DNA of 64,000 bases from Vitrella brassicaformis CCMP3155 (lineage: Eukaryota; Protista; Chromerida): NCBI GenBank assembly GCA_001179505.1, contig CDMY01000562.1, positions 124,001-188,000 of the forward strand, written 5' to 3'. Shown piece after piece: positions 11,311 to 23,700 of the stretch; the stretch's first letter is position 1; each line of letters opens with the position of its first letter. The translations under genes and the position numbers were made by a program. Below the pieces are notes generated by a model. That model had not been told where the DNA came from. It did not search any database and saw only the letters and a list, made by a program, of their open reading frames with translations.

Positions 11311-13455
11311 ATGTTGTCATCACCTGGACGAACCGGGCGAGCCGTCCTTCTGCATCCGTCGAAGATCTTGGGCTGCCCGACTCCCGTGCCGCCTCCCTCA
11401 CGATGCTTCGCCAAGAAGAGAACGGTCTCGCCGGACCAAGAGCAGCCCTCTCCCTCGCGCAAGGAGAAGCGTGATGTGTTCCGTGAGCGGACGAGCGGCC
11501 CGGTGGCGGCAGAGGGCAAGAAGGGTGGTCGCAAGGAGGCTGGCGGTGGTGCGGCTGACGAGCAGACTCGCGGCGCTTCACAAGCCAAGCCGAGGGGGAA
11601 GAAGCTTCAGGCGGCACTCGTGCGTCAGGCGCAGGAGGCCACAGATGCGCCATTCACGTGCGTGCGAGAACAAAGGAGGCGGGGAGGGGGGAACGTGCCG
11701 TCGCATCATAAGCTGTTGTGTGTGTTTCGTTTATTCATTTTTTCAGATACGAGGCTGTTGGTGTGGCCGGTTCGTCGTGGTCGGGCAGCCCGCCGCAGTT
11801 TGCCGACCTCTACAGAGAGAGCAAGAGGCGTGCTGACCCGGGCTATGAGGTAGGTATGCAGAGTCACTGGCTGGCTGGCTGGCTGGCTGACGGGCAGATC
11901 GAATGGCATCTGTTTCTGCTGAATGAATTGTGCAGGTGCCGTACAAATTCAAGATCACTGAGGACCCAGGAGCACCGGGGTGAGTGAGGACGCGCCGTGT
12001 CTGTGCATATATCTGCATCGACAGCTGGCGGCATTCCATCCCTGCCTGCATGTTGCATGTGTGTGTGCGTGTGTGTTGTGCGTCATTCATGGCAGGTCTG
12101 CAAGGTCTGTGACGAATCGTTTGGACACGCACCGGCCGCTGACGTACACGGACTTCGCCGGCAATCGCTTCCCAACGCTCGACACAGACGAGAACTACCG
12201 ATACTGGAAGGTGCCTACGTTGCATGCCATTCACCCACACAGTCCCACACCACACAGAAGCACCCTGTCTGTCTGTCTGTCTGTGTGTGTGTCTGTCTGT
12301 CTGTGTGTCTGTCTGTCGTCCCCACTCGGCCGCCAGGACACTGGCCTCGACCGCCTGCTACCGCGCGTTTTCCCTCTCCAACTGCCCACACACAGGTAAA
12401 TGAGTGAGTCTAGCTAGGGACAGCCAGCCAGCTGTTATGGATCTATCTATCGGCGGTTGGTCCCCCCGTGATCTGATCTGATCAGGCGGCTGGATCCTTT
12501 TCTCCGCGAGTACATTTTCTTCCTGCACACCCTCGACCCGAGGCGGTTCTCAATGGCCAAGATTGGCGAGCGATACGGGTATGTGACGGGCCAAGAGGGG
12601 GATGAAAAGCCTCACGCAGTCGAGCCTCATGTGCAACTGCCTGCGGACGTTTGTTGGTGTAGGCTGAAGGAGGAGACTGTCGAGAAAGTGTATGAGGAGT
12701 TCTCGACACGGCACTGGATGGTCTCCTCGGGGTCAGTGAGATACACACACAGAGCCAGCCGCAGACAGACAAACAGGCAGACGAACGAACAGCCATCGGC
12801 GAATAGATCCATCTTTCGGCCTTCATCTGTGTGGCTGGTCGGTCGGTCAGGCTAGCCCCTCATTTCATGCAGCGCATTTCCCGCGCCGAGGCGGCTATGC
12901 GCGCCAAAGAAGACATGTTCTTCAAACGACTGGGTAGGTTTTTACTGGACGGAATGTGACATCGTGCGATGGTGTGTGTCCGTGTGTGTGTGTGTGTGTG
13001 AACAGGTTGGGATCAGGTGGGCAATGAGGAGATCGAGGAAGAGGAAAGCGAAGAGTGGAAAGGTAGGCATCACATCACCACTATACCATGCATCGCACCC
13101 AACCACTCTCGATGTGTGTGCAGTGCATTGCATTGTTGATGTGTGTCATGCGCATATGTGTGTATGTATGTGTGTGTGTGTGCAGGCTTCAAGGGCAGCA
13201 TCGACTGGCTCAAGCGCCAAAACGTGGAGGTCGAGATGATGTCAGCCTTCCCCAAAAGTTCCAAACTGTAAGCAACACACAGACAGCACAGCACACCACG
13301 GCTCGGCTGTGTGTGCTTATGTGACTGCTTACCTACTTGCATTCTCTCTCAGCGATCCCATCCCGAAGCGAGTTGACGTGGACGTGACGGTCAAGCAAGA
13401 GGGCCGCAGGAAGGTCATCAACTGGATCGATCCTCAGGACAAGGTTGTCTTCTAG
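11311..13455 (+). CDS. Putative mitochondrial ribosomal small-subunit protein, mS45/Bot1-like
   Basis: Basic, Ser/Pro-rich presequence-like N-terminus (...PSRCFAKK). Spliced core VFPLQLPTH|RRLDPFLREYIFFLHTLDPRRFSMAKIGERY|GLKEETVEKVYEEF resembles the mS45 helix-turn-helix. The last exon ends WIDPQDKVVF*. The gene is solid; the family call is tentative. Confidence 0.5.
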
Positions 13456-14187
13456 CTGACTGACTGACGGTGCAAGAAGGAAGGAATGGCCGGACAGAAC
13501 AGACAGGCAGGCGGCAGGAAGTGTGCTGCTCGGAGGAGTGAGTTTATCAGGCAGGCAGGCTGTGACTGACGTGGTGTGGCATGGTCGGCTGTATACACCC
13601 AAGATTGTCTGTCTGATCATGCCAATATATATGCAATTGCAATAGATCAGGAGGGTGGGAAGTACCTATGTACCGGGCAATGGATGTAGGTGGCGCCTAC
13701 CTTGCCATTCTGCAGTGACGCGGCGCCAGTCGAGTCACACGAGTGTGTGCTTGTCAGTCAAGCAAATCAATCATCAAGCAAATCAATCATGTACAAATGC
13801 AATACATTCAGTGAATCACTGCATCACTGCAGAGAACCTTCCTGTGTTCCTGGCCAGGCGGGCCACGAGATGAGGGTCGGTGGTGGGTCATTACACCTAT
13901 GTATGGTCCATCCAGCCGACCTTTGATGAGCGAATGGCGAGCCACAATGGGAGATCCTCGGTCTATGGTCTCACAGCAAGCCAAAAAGCTAAGCTTGCAG
14001 ACCGAGGAAAAAAGACCCTTGCATGTGCATGCGGAGCGTGCGTGGGTGATTCCTGTTGCGTGTCGTTCGTTTGATCAAGACATGGGACCTGGCCTCAGGC
14101 CGCCTAGGGTGCTCCCTGAAACCGCTGAATGAAAAAAAGAGGAAAAAAGAGCCTAGGGGATATAGATGAGATGACGATATAGATGAG

Positions 14188-16006
14188 ATGCACGCGTCAG
14201 CGGCTGTGTACGCGTTATGCGTGGCCTTCCTCAGCCCGCCGCAGAGGCCGCTGCTGCCCACCACCACCAACAGCCTCTCTTACATCACGCCGCCGAGGCT
14301 CAGGTGCGGCGGCGCCCTGCGGATGGTCTTCTCAGATGTGGAGAGGCGGGCGGCGTACCCCTCATCCACCAACTCATTCAAGTAATTGGTGTGATTGATT
14401 GGTTCGTACGTGTGTGCAGGTCTGTGTGTCTGTCTGTGTGTGTCTGTCTGCAGGTCGTCTGACTTCCTGCTGGACCGGTACCTTGGTGCGGTTGGGGTGA
14501 TAACCATCCGGGTGAGAGATCTGATCTGCCAAATCAAATCATGCCACCCACCGGGGACGGTGCGTGTTGAGTGGATGGATGGTGGGTTCTGTCTGCGCTG
14601 TCCTTGCTCCTCTCCTCCAGGACTGGGCCTACTACGATGAGACGACCGGTGAGAAGGTGTCGCCCAACCCGTTTGACCCGCGGTCCCCCCGGCAGACCAC
14701 CGACGAGAGTAGCGCCATGGTGCGCCTCTTCCAGGCGCGGCTCATACCCACCGGCCTCCCCGGCTACCCCGTCCTGCTCAAGGAGTACGCCACCGACGCC
14801 AGACACCTCGCAGAAACCGAGCTAGACATCTATGGTGAGATCATCGAGGACTACAACGCGCGGAAAGGTCTGTCTGAGAAGGCCGTGAGCTTCCCGCCGG
14901 TAGTGCCTGGGCTGGGTCGGGTTGAGGCCGACCCATATCTCGGTACGAACGAGTTCCAGGAGCAGTGGAAGCGGCAGGTGGCCTTCAGGAACGTGCCCCC
15001 ACCGAGGCCAGGCAACATCTGGACGGTCCTGCAGTGGCCCGGCCCCCTGACCTTCGACACATACGACAGGCTCGGGAGGGGGGAGAGGGACGACGTCCTG
15101 GATGGGGTGGTGCCCGGCTTTCGGCTCAAGAGGAAGAGCAGATTCCTCAAGATGGCCATCAGGAGGGCGCTCGAGGCCATCGACTACCTCCACCAACTCA
15201 GGATCGTCCACCGCTCCATATCCCCCGGCAGCTTCGTCCTGCAGGATGCCAACGAGAGAGAGCCGCTCAACGTGAAGGTGCTGATTCAGGACTTCGGCTT
15301 CGCGACCACTCTGCAGCGGCTGGCGCGCAGCGACGATGACGACTCGGTGCGTCGCGCCATGAAGGTTGGGGCGGTGACGCCCGCCGCCATCCTGGACTAT
15401 CTCAAGGCCGAGGACCTCAAGAGCTCGTGTGTAACGTTCCTCTACTTCATCGTGGCCAACCTGTACGATGAGGCCGCGGCCAAGAGGGGCCAGGGGAAGG
15501 GCGGCAGCGACACGGGCAACAAGCGGATGGAGCTCACGCCTGGGGGCTTCAGGCAGACGAGCCCACGGAGCTTCTTGGCTGTCAGGTGGACTGGACAGGG
15601 AGGGAGGGAGGAGAGAGAGAGCGAGACCCGAAGGGAAAAGTACTTACGCACACACGGATGGTTGTGTGCGTGTGTGTGTGTGTGCAGGCGTCTGGTAGAG
15701 GAGGTGTTTGACGGCGACATGAGTGGGCTTCGGGACTACTGGCTCAACGACGAGCCCTTCGCCGATGTGGTCAAGTTTCTGGACCAGAACGACATGGCGG
15801 GATGGGACTTTCTGAGCAGGCTCTACAAGGCGCCCCAGCTGTTCCAGCAGCAGGTCAAGGACACGCAGCAGAGGGGGGGAGAGAGGGAGATCTCAGGAGA
15901 CGGCGGGAAGGGGGAAGTGACAGAGAGGGAGCGGGTGTATTGGAACGCGAGAGACTTGCAAGAGCATCCCTTCTTAGGCGGCAGCGGCAGCGGCAGTCGG
16001 ACGTGA
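14188..16006 (+). CDS. Plastid-targeted STN7/STN8-related protein kinase-like protein, probable pseudokinase
   Basis: Bipartite leader MHASAAVYALCVAF-LSPPQRP... Kinase elements: VLLKEY, ELDIY, IDYLHQLRIVHRSISPGS, IQDFGFA, AEDLKS and VKFLDQNDMAGWDFL. Confidence 0.75.
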
Positions 16007-16412
16007 CTGACGGCCACGGTTACAGACAGACAGACAGACATGACGCGCCGTGCAGTGCATGACTGAGTGGCTGGGGCGGGGGGGAGAGAGGGACATGTGA
16101 GAGCGAGTTTGCAATTTGCAGTCAGTCGAGTTGACGATGGATGGATGGATGTACATACACACGGACAGACAGACAGACAGACAGACGGAGAGGAGGGTCG
16201 TACACGAGCCTCTGTTTTTCGTGTCATGAGTATCATGGATGTCCATGGAATGTGTGCACTGCACTGATCATGTCATGATGGCCAATATAACTGCGAAACA
16301 CCTTCCTCCCTCAACCAAGCCAAGCCACGCCGGCGCATCTTCCTTCGCAACCACCAGCCATCCCATCCCATCCCATGCCATGCCATGCAGCCAGGTCGGA
16401 CGATAGGTAATT

Positions 16413-18645
16413 TCATGCCCTCTTGTTGTCTCCCCTACCCCTACCCCGATTCCCTCGGTCACTTCCACTAGCACCCCCACCAGCCCTCTGCTCTCTCTGC
16501 TCCTTCCTTCTCATTTGCTCTTTCTTGCGCATGACGTTGAGCTTCTTGTAGGCCTCGTGGTGGGCAGTCTTGAACACATTGAAGAACACACCACCCCGAG
16601 TGCGTGCGCGCGTTGGGTCGTCCACACGGTGCATACCTGATCGATCGATCGCACACCAAAGCAAGCCAAGCCAAGCCACATCACATCACGCTGTGTGTGA
16701 GTGTGACTGTGAGAGAGAGTGTGCAGCAATCCATACGCACCACCGGCATTGAGTTCGATCTCCTCTGTCTGTGCGAGCAGGCGCATGGCGGCCCCCACCC
16801 CTATCTCGGTGAGGATGAACTCGAGGGCATCCGCCTGCTCCTCGACCTTCTCGTGCAGCCACACACAGATGGCCTTGGCCACGTTGGACAAAAACGCCCT
16901 CCGCTTCTCATCAGATGGGGCCGTCGGCGTCACCACAGCTGGTGCGGATGTCGACGGGCCATTGACCTCATCTGGGTGGTCGGCGGGGCGAGAAGGGGGT
17001 CCGTCATGTGGTGCAGGTGTCTGTGTGGTCGGCTGGGTCGCCCCGGCATCATCATGGTGGGCGGCACCAGGCCTCTCCGGGAGCCGCCTGTTGTCGGGTG
17101 GCTGTGTTGGCTGTGGCTGGCGTGCGGTTGATGTGAGTCCCTTGGATGCGCTGTAATGTGTCCTGGTGGCTGTTGGCTTGGGGTAGAGCCGCTGCAGGGT
17201 CTGGGTGAGGTCCTTGCTGAAGTAGGCTATGGTGGCCTGCAATGCCAACATAACATGACACACGCGGACACGAAGGACGGACGGACGGCGTGGTTGGGTG
17301 GTGCGTCCCATGGCGTGGTGTCGTGTTGTGGGTGTGTGACATGAGCGAGCATAGCATAGCCGTCCGTCACTGACCTTTTGGTCTTTGTGTGAGGCGAGGC
17401 ACACGCGTTCGATCTCGACGATGGCGAAGCCATGGGTGCCGGCGAGCACCACCAGCTCGCTCACGTCCTGCTGACTCGGCAGATACAGAACCACCGTGCT
17501 GCTCGCCAACCTGTGCAGCAGTTGACACACACACACACACACACAAACACACACGTGAGCAGTTTTGCCGTCCACATTCATCGGCGAGATCTGTCTGTTG
17601 TTCCGCACCTGCATGCGGCTGAGAAGAGTTGCACGATGTCCGGCTCGAAGACGGCCTTGATGGACCACCAGGCCCTCTGCTTGTACACCGGCCCACCCCA
17701 GGGCGGCGACAAGAACACCGCATCGAAGCTCTCCCCCCTCCCCGCCGCATCAGCCGCCCACTCCTCAAACCGCGCCACCACAAACTCAGCCCGATCGCTG
17801 ACACCGTACACCCCCACATTGTGCCTGCCCATGTCGACCTTGGCGGCAGCCAGGTCCACGCCCACGACCTTGTCGCAGTGCATGGCCAGCTGGATGGTGT
17901 TGCCGCCGATGCCGCAGCAGGCATCCACCACAGTGCGGCAGCCGCTGGCCTGCAGCTGCTTGGCGATGCGGGAGGCCGTCCGCTCGGGGGTCACCTCATA
18001 CCAGGCCGACTCGTCCATCTGGATGCCCTCATCGAAACGCGAGAAGAGAGAGTAGCGTTGCTGCCAGTAGCGGTGCAGGTGGCTGGTAAGGCCGGGCGGG
18101 GGCGGGGCGGACGAGTCGCCGAGAGAAGCGGCGTCCTTGTCGTCGTCGTGGGCGGTCGCATCAAGGGAAGAGGGAGGGCTGGAGGTGAGAGAGCCGACCT
18201 GAGTGGCGCTCACGCCCACTGCGGCAGGTTCCTCACTCTCCTCTGGCTGTGGCAGTCCTTGTGACTCGACGGAAGGGCGTGTGGGGACGCTCCGCCGCCT
18301 CGGCTTCGGCAGGAAGAAGGTCTTGAACGTGACAATAGCCACGGACGCACAATACCTCCTCTCCTCTCCACCAGACCCATCCGCTGGTGCGGTCGCTGCT
18401 GCTGTTGTCGTAGTTGAATCAGTGATGCTTTTCGAGCGGAGGAAGTACTCGTGGAGGGCTCGCGTGTTGGCTCCCGCCGCGATGGCGATGTGTATGGAGC
18501 CGGGCGGGTAGTTGGTCTGCCATGAGGCCGCCACGGGAGCGTAGTCCTCCTTCTGCTGGTCCCGGAGGATGCAGTAATACAACAGATCCAGGTAAGGTCG
18601 GGCTATGGAACTCATCGATGAGCCCTCCACAATGAATGAGTTCAT
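16413..18645 (-). CDS. TGS1: Trimethylguanosine synthase fused to a C-terminal PHAX RNA-binding domain
   Basis: RYWQQRYSLFSRFDEGIQMDESAWYEVTPE, VVDACCGIGGNTIQLA, DAVFLSPPWGGPVY, VVLYLPS and ATIAYF. The C-terminus reads VAKAICVWLHE...IGVGAAMRLLAQTEEIELNAG|GMHRVDDPTRARTRGGVFFNVFK. Four exons: 18645-17609, 17510-17375, 17236-16741 and 16636-16413. Confidence 0.93.
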
Positions 18646-18859
18646 AGCCCCATCCTCCTCAACCTTTCGTTCGCAGACCTTAGCTCGCACACTGTTTCAC
18701 GTCTGCCTAACTCCCCACCGTCCAGCGCTGATCGTGACCGCCAGAACAGCGACTCCCTGTCTCTCATCCCCTGCTCGATCTGGTCTCTTCCATCTCCCAC
18801 GTACTATCTCTCTCCTGTCAGCTTCAGCTATCTGCACAAGCTCCCGCGTCAGATCTGCC

Positions 18860-19909
18860 ATGATGAAGTTCGCAGCAGCCCTCGCCCTCGTTGCCCTCAG
18901 CAGCGTCATGGCAGAGGAGGCGTTCGTGTCCTCTCCCGCCGCCCTGCCGGCCCCGCTCCGCCGGTTTCGTCAGAGCAGTATCCCCCGCATGGCTGTCGAC
19001 ATCTCAGACCTCAATGGGGCGGTGGCTCCCTTTCCCCGTGGCTTCGACCCCCTCGGGCTGGCTAACGGCCCCGATGTCGATGAGAATGAGGTGGGCATCG
19101 AAAGACGCACTGCCAAGCCGAGGGAGGGGATTACTCGGTGTACCTGTCTGTCTGCTGCGTGTGTGTGGGTGTGGTTGTCCTCCACGTGCAGATCAAGCGC
19201 TGGCGTGAGTCCGAGCTGAAGCACGGCCGTCTCTGCATGCTCGCCGCCCTCGGCATTCTCGTGCAGGAGAACTTCAACCCGCTCTTCGACGGCAAGATCA
19301 CTGGACCCGCTATCAGTATGTGGCAGCAACGAGGACCCTCACAGCAGCCAGCCTTCCTGTGCTCACTGTCACTATGTGATGTCCATGTGTGTGCAGATCA
19401 TTTCCAGCAGGTGCCCTTCCCGTTCTGGGCCATCATCGTGGCGGGCATCTTCGGCATTGAGGCCGCCAGGTGAGCTCGACCCAGCCACCCACACACATCC
19501 ACCGAGGCAGCATCTCATCTCTCTGCATTGCGTCTCCGTCCGTGTCCTACCTGTGTGTATTGGTGTTGGTGCGCAGCATCGGCAAGGGGTGGGCCTCCCC
19601 GTGGACTAACAAACTGTTCGCTCTGAGGGAGGACTACGAGGCGGGCGACCTCGGCTTCGACCCCTTCAACCTCACGCCATCTGACCCGGCTGCCTTCGAT
19701 GAGTTACGCGCCAAGGAGCTCAACAACGGCCGCCTGGCCATGATCGCCGTTGCCGGTATCGTTGCCCAGGAGCTCGTCGGTGAGCAGGGAACACGCTCAG
19801 GGAGAGAAGTCGTCTCCACGGGCTCATTGTCTGTGTGGCCTTGTCTGTGCTGTGTGTGCCGTGCTCAGACGGCCAGAAGATTCTGGACCACTTGGGCATC
19901 ACTGGCTGA
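18860..19909 (+). CDS. LHCX: Light-harvesting complex protein, LHCX/LI818 (LHCSR)-type
   Basis: Signal peptide plus transit peptide (MMKFAAALALVALSSVMAEEAFV...). Motifs GFDPLGL, RESELKHGRLCMLA, ITGPAI|NHFQQV, DYEAGDLGFDPFNL and KELNNGRLAMIA. Five exons. Confidence 0.92.
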
Positions 19910-20023
19910 GTTCCGAGTCCTTCGGCTATCAATTCATTCATGCAACTCCCTTGCCTGGCCTGGAATACATGCACGCGATTCTCTCGAGTCATGCAGTTTT
20001 CGACAGAGCATTGGAACAGCAGC

Positions 20024-20028
20024 AGAGA

Positions 20029-20070
<42 letters not shown>
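20024..20070. repeat. (AG)n microsatellite, representative of the many simple repeats in introns and UTRs
   Basis: Directly visible GA run with one interruption. (GT)n, (ACAG)n and (CATC)n tracts occur throughout the window. Confidence 0.9.
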
Positions 20071-20073
<3 letters not shown>

Positions 20074-20771
20074 CGATATAGAGAGGGAGGGAGAGCTGTG
20101 TCCCGAAATTCTGGAGAGTGACAACGGGATCGTCTCAATGAGACGGAGTCCCCATTTCGCATTTCGTCACGTGTGAGAGAGGCATGCAGAGAGGCGGGCA
20201 GGTGGAATGACTTGGTGAGAGCGTTTCTCAGTCAGAGGTTTGATGTTCGCAAATGTTCGTATCCTTCGTCGTACCAAGATCCTAGAGGGCTGCACAGAGA
20301 GAGCGTGAGCTGCGTAGACGTGGGCGATGACAAGCCTTCGTATCTCCGTACGCACAGACGTAATGTGCCACGGCATGGCGTAGCGCTTTCACCACTGTGT
20401 AGGAGAGCTGGAGAGGGCACTGGGGGATATGGAGGGTTGGTTGGGTCACTGGGGGTGGGTGAATTGAGAGGGGTGAGGCTGCGCTGATGGCGTGAGAGAC
20501 GGGGCGTTAGCAGAACCTACAGTAAGTGCGCTGTAGGATGAGACGGGGCTGGTTTCGTGTGCATTGACTCCCGTGAAGCCCTGCCGATTGTACACTGCAA
20601 GGCAAGTCACAGTGCATCACGATACAACACTTCAGTAAGAAGATCCCGCGTTGCGGCCGTCTCGACAACACCACCCTTCATGCGTCGGGACAGAGAGGAA
20701 CTGAATGGATGACTCCGCTAGAACAACACAGATAATGAAGATTCTACGCTGACGAGACCTTTTCCTTGAGA

Positions 20772-23700
20772 ATGGCCAGATGTACTCGTCCAAGCGGCCA
20801 TAATTTCAGGACACGGACAGAATTAATAGACGCGGCGGGACACAAGGGCCACCGAAGAGCGGCACCCGGTGGTAAAGAACAACATCGTGTGTCTGCCCTC
20901 CCTATGTATCTTCCATATAAGGACTTCCGGAGTCCCCGTCGGCGGCACTCGACTCTCGAGGGGCTGCTGGGCCGCCTCAGGTGGCCCGTCCGTGAGATTG
21001 TCCTCACCCTCTTCTTCTGGCTCGTGGGATACGGCATCATCATCTCACTTGAGGTACGTGGCAAGCAGCAGGCCCTGAGCGGAACTCGGGCGTGGTGTCT
21101 GTCGTGGTGCCTTCTGGAATTTTGTGTGTGTGTGTGTGTGTCAATCGGCTGCAGACGATATTCTTCCACTCGGACGGCGACCCGCGGCGGAGCTTATCAT
21201 CTGGCGCGCCGCCAGAGCAGTCACCCATGGAGATGCTCCAGAACCAGGTGGGTGTGTGTGACTGCGAGAGATTTGCCTGCCTCTCTCGTGTCATTTCTGC
21301 TGTCTGTCTGTCTGTCTGTCTGTGTGCGCAGCTTGCGTCCGCCGAGAAGGACCTGCTTTCACTGAAGAAGGAGTGCAGAAAGAGGGAAGTCGAGGTCGGT
21401 CACACCACACCACACCAACCCACACCACACCAACCACCCACGAGGCCCTTGCCCTCTTCTATTTGATTCGCATATATCAGGTGTGGTCGTATCGTGATGA
21501 GGCCTCGACGCTGAGGAGAGATAAGGAGACAGCTGACATGAGGGTGGGTGGGTGGGTGGGTGAGCCAGGCGGCCAGGCAGGCAGGCAGGCAGGCAGGCAG
21601 TGGACCAAAGCCAGGCAGTCAATCACTCACTCACTCACTCACTCATGGATGTCGGCGGGGGAGGAACAGGGGAGAGGGGAGTAATCGGAGTCAACGGCTC
21701 GTCGGGTGGGGTATGGTGTGTGTGGTCAGGTGTCGGCTTTGCGCGAGATTCTCGACAACAGGCGGAATGCCCAGCCCACACAAAAGGAGACCGAGGAACA
21801 GGTAGGTACACGGTCTTAGGTTTTCGACTGTCACCGACTCCACTCCCTCCACAATCTAATTAATCTGCTGTTTATGTTTCCAGCTGAGGGCTTCCGAAGA
21901 GCGAATGAAGGAGACAATGCTGCAGGTACACCCTCACCCACATGCACACACCCACTCAGGCACGCCTATCGCACTCACTGCCTACCTGCCTGCCTGCAGC
22001 TGGCAGACGCAAACCAGCAGCTGACGACGATGGAGCGAGCACTGGGCCTGAACCATGTTCGGGACATCCTGCGTGCGCTGCTGCACCACGAGGCGGCCAA
22101 GCTGACCCCCAACGTGACGGCCTTCGTGCAGGACGCCATCAGCGACCTCGAGTTCACCGTCGGACACTTCCCGGTGTGCTCTCGACAGGAAATGAACATG
22201 TGGGTGCCCGACGAGTCGGAGCCACCACACACACCCTCCCACCCCACTGAACAACAGCCACACCCGCGGCAGCAGCACCAGCAGCAGCCGAGACGGAAGG
22301 CGCCCTTAGGGAAACCGTCACAACAAGAAGATCAACAGCACGAACAAGGGCAACAAAAGCAGAGGGAGATGCCGCTGACACTAACACGGCAGCAGCACCA
22401 CCCGCAACAGCAGCAGCAGCAGCAGCAGGAGGAGGGTAAACAGGGAGAGGTGAAGATCGAGGAGTCGCCGGGTGACAACAAGGAGATCGAGGTGGTGGCT
22501 ATCGCGAGGAGTCTGCAGGAGGCGGGTGCCTTCGAGGCCGACGTCCACAGCATGTTCACAGGGCCCCGCGTCCTCGACGGCAAAGTGGAGGGATTCCCCG
22601 CTGAGGACGGCACGCCAGCCGCAGGGCCCGACGGCAACGACAACGGCCACTGGAAGCGGTACCTCCTTTGCTCGCCGCAGAAGAGGGACCAGATCAGGAG
22701 CTCACGGGTGGAGCTGCAGGGGCAGGTCATCATGGGCATACAGTCGCCACAGTTCACCAACGCACTCAAAATCATGGCGGTAGGCTGACAGACAGACAGA
22801 CAGACAGACAGACAGAGACAGACAGACAGATAAGCAGGCGCACTCTGCACCGCGCACCACACACAACATCCTTGCCTGCATCGGTGGTTCAGAGCTGCCT
22901 GCCGTTCGAGGACTGCATCTTCCTCGACGCGGGTGTGGACAGCAGCTGGTACGGCGTGATGCTGGCCTATGCGGGCTACTCGGTCATCGGCTTTGACGCC
23001 TTCTTCGGCAGCTACTTCCTGGACCAGCGTGCCCTCGACATAGGGCAGGCCGAGGGGGAGCTCTTCGGGCCCAACGGCAGGATGGGCAGCATGGTCATCT
23101 ACCCATTCGCACCTGACAACGACACGCGCATCTGCCAGCTGGAGAAGCGTGAGAAAGAACCGGACGGAGGGAGGGAGAGAGGGATGACGCAGGGGTGGAT
23201 GGCGTCTGTGTTGTTGTGTTGTGTTGTGGTTGGTTAATTGTTCGCCAGCTGAGAACGCTCCGAAGATGGTGTTGGAGGGCCCCATCAAGTGCGATGACGA
23301 CAAGCCAGAGGAGGATAGCCTGCAGAGGCTCTTCCAACGGGTGAGGGGGTGGGTGGGTGTGGGGGCTTGACACGGCCCAGAGGATTGTGGTGCAGCATGT
23401 AATGTCGGTGTGTCCACCCACTCTTGTGTGCGGTGTGTGTTGCAGGTGCAGACCGTCCGTTTGGACGACTTCATCGACCGGCCTATCCAGCTGATGCGCG
23501 TCGAGACCACAGCGCCCGTCATGAGAGTCCTCCACGGTACGGTAGGCACACGCACACCGGGGTATCCATGCAGCACACATGTGGCCGGCCACGCATCGCA
23601 TCCTTCCCTCCCTCAGGCGCGTCTCGCCTCCTCCGTCGTCACGTCAAGTACCTGCAGCTGACGATCAACACCATGCCCCCGCTGCCGGGCCTCCCCCATC

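Noticed and set aside
15552-15687. Possible GC-AG intron in the kinase gene
   Set aside because: A canonical GT donor in the same phase exists about 33 nt downstream, so a non-canonical donor is not required.
20170-20770. Repeat-poor intergenic stretch with a 7-bp hairpin (20516-20537) and C/D-box-like words, considered as a snoRNA
   Set aside because: The box spacing and terminal stem are not convincing, and no tRNA or snRNA signature was found.
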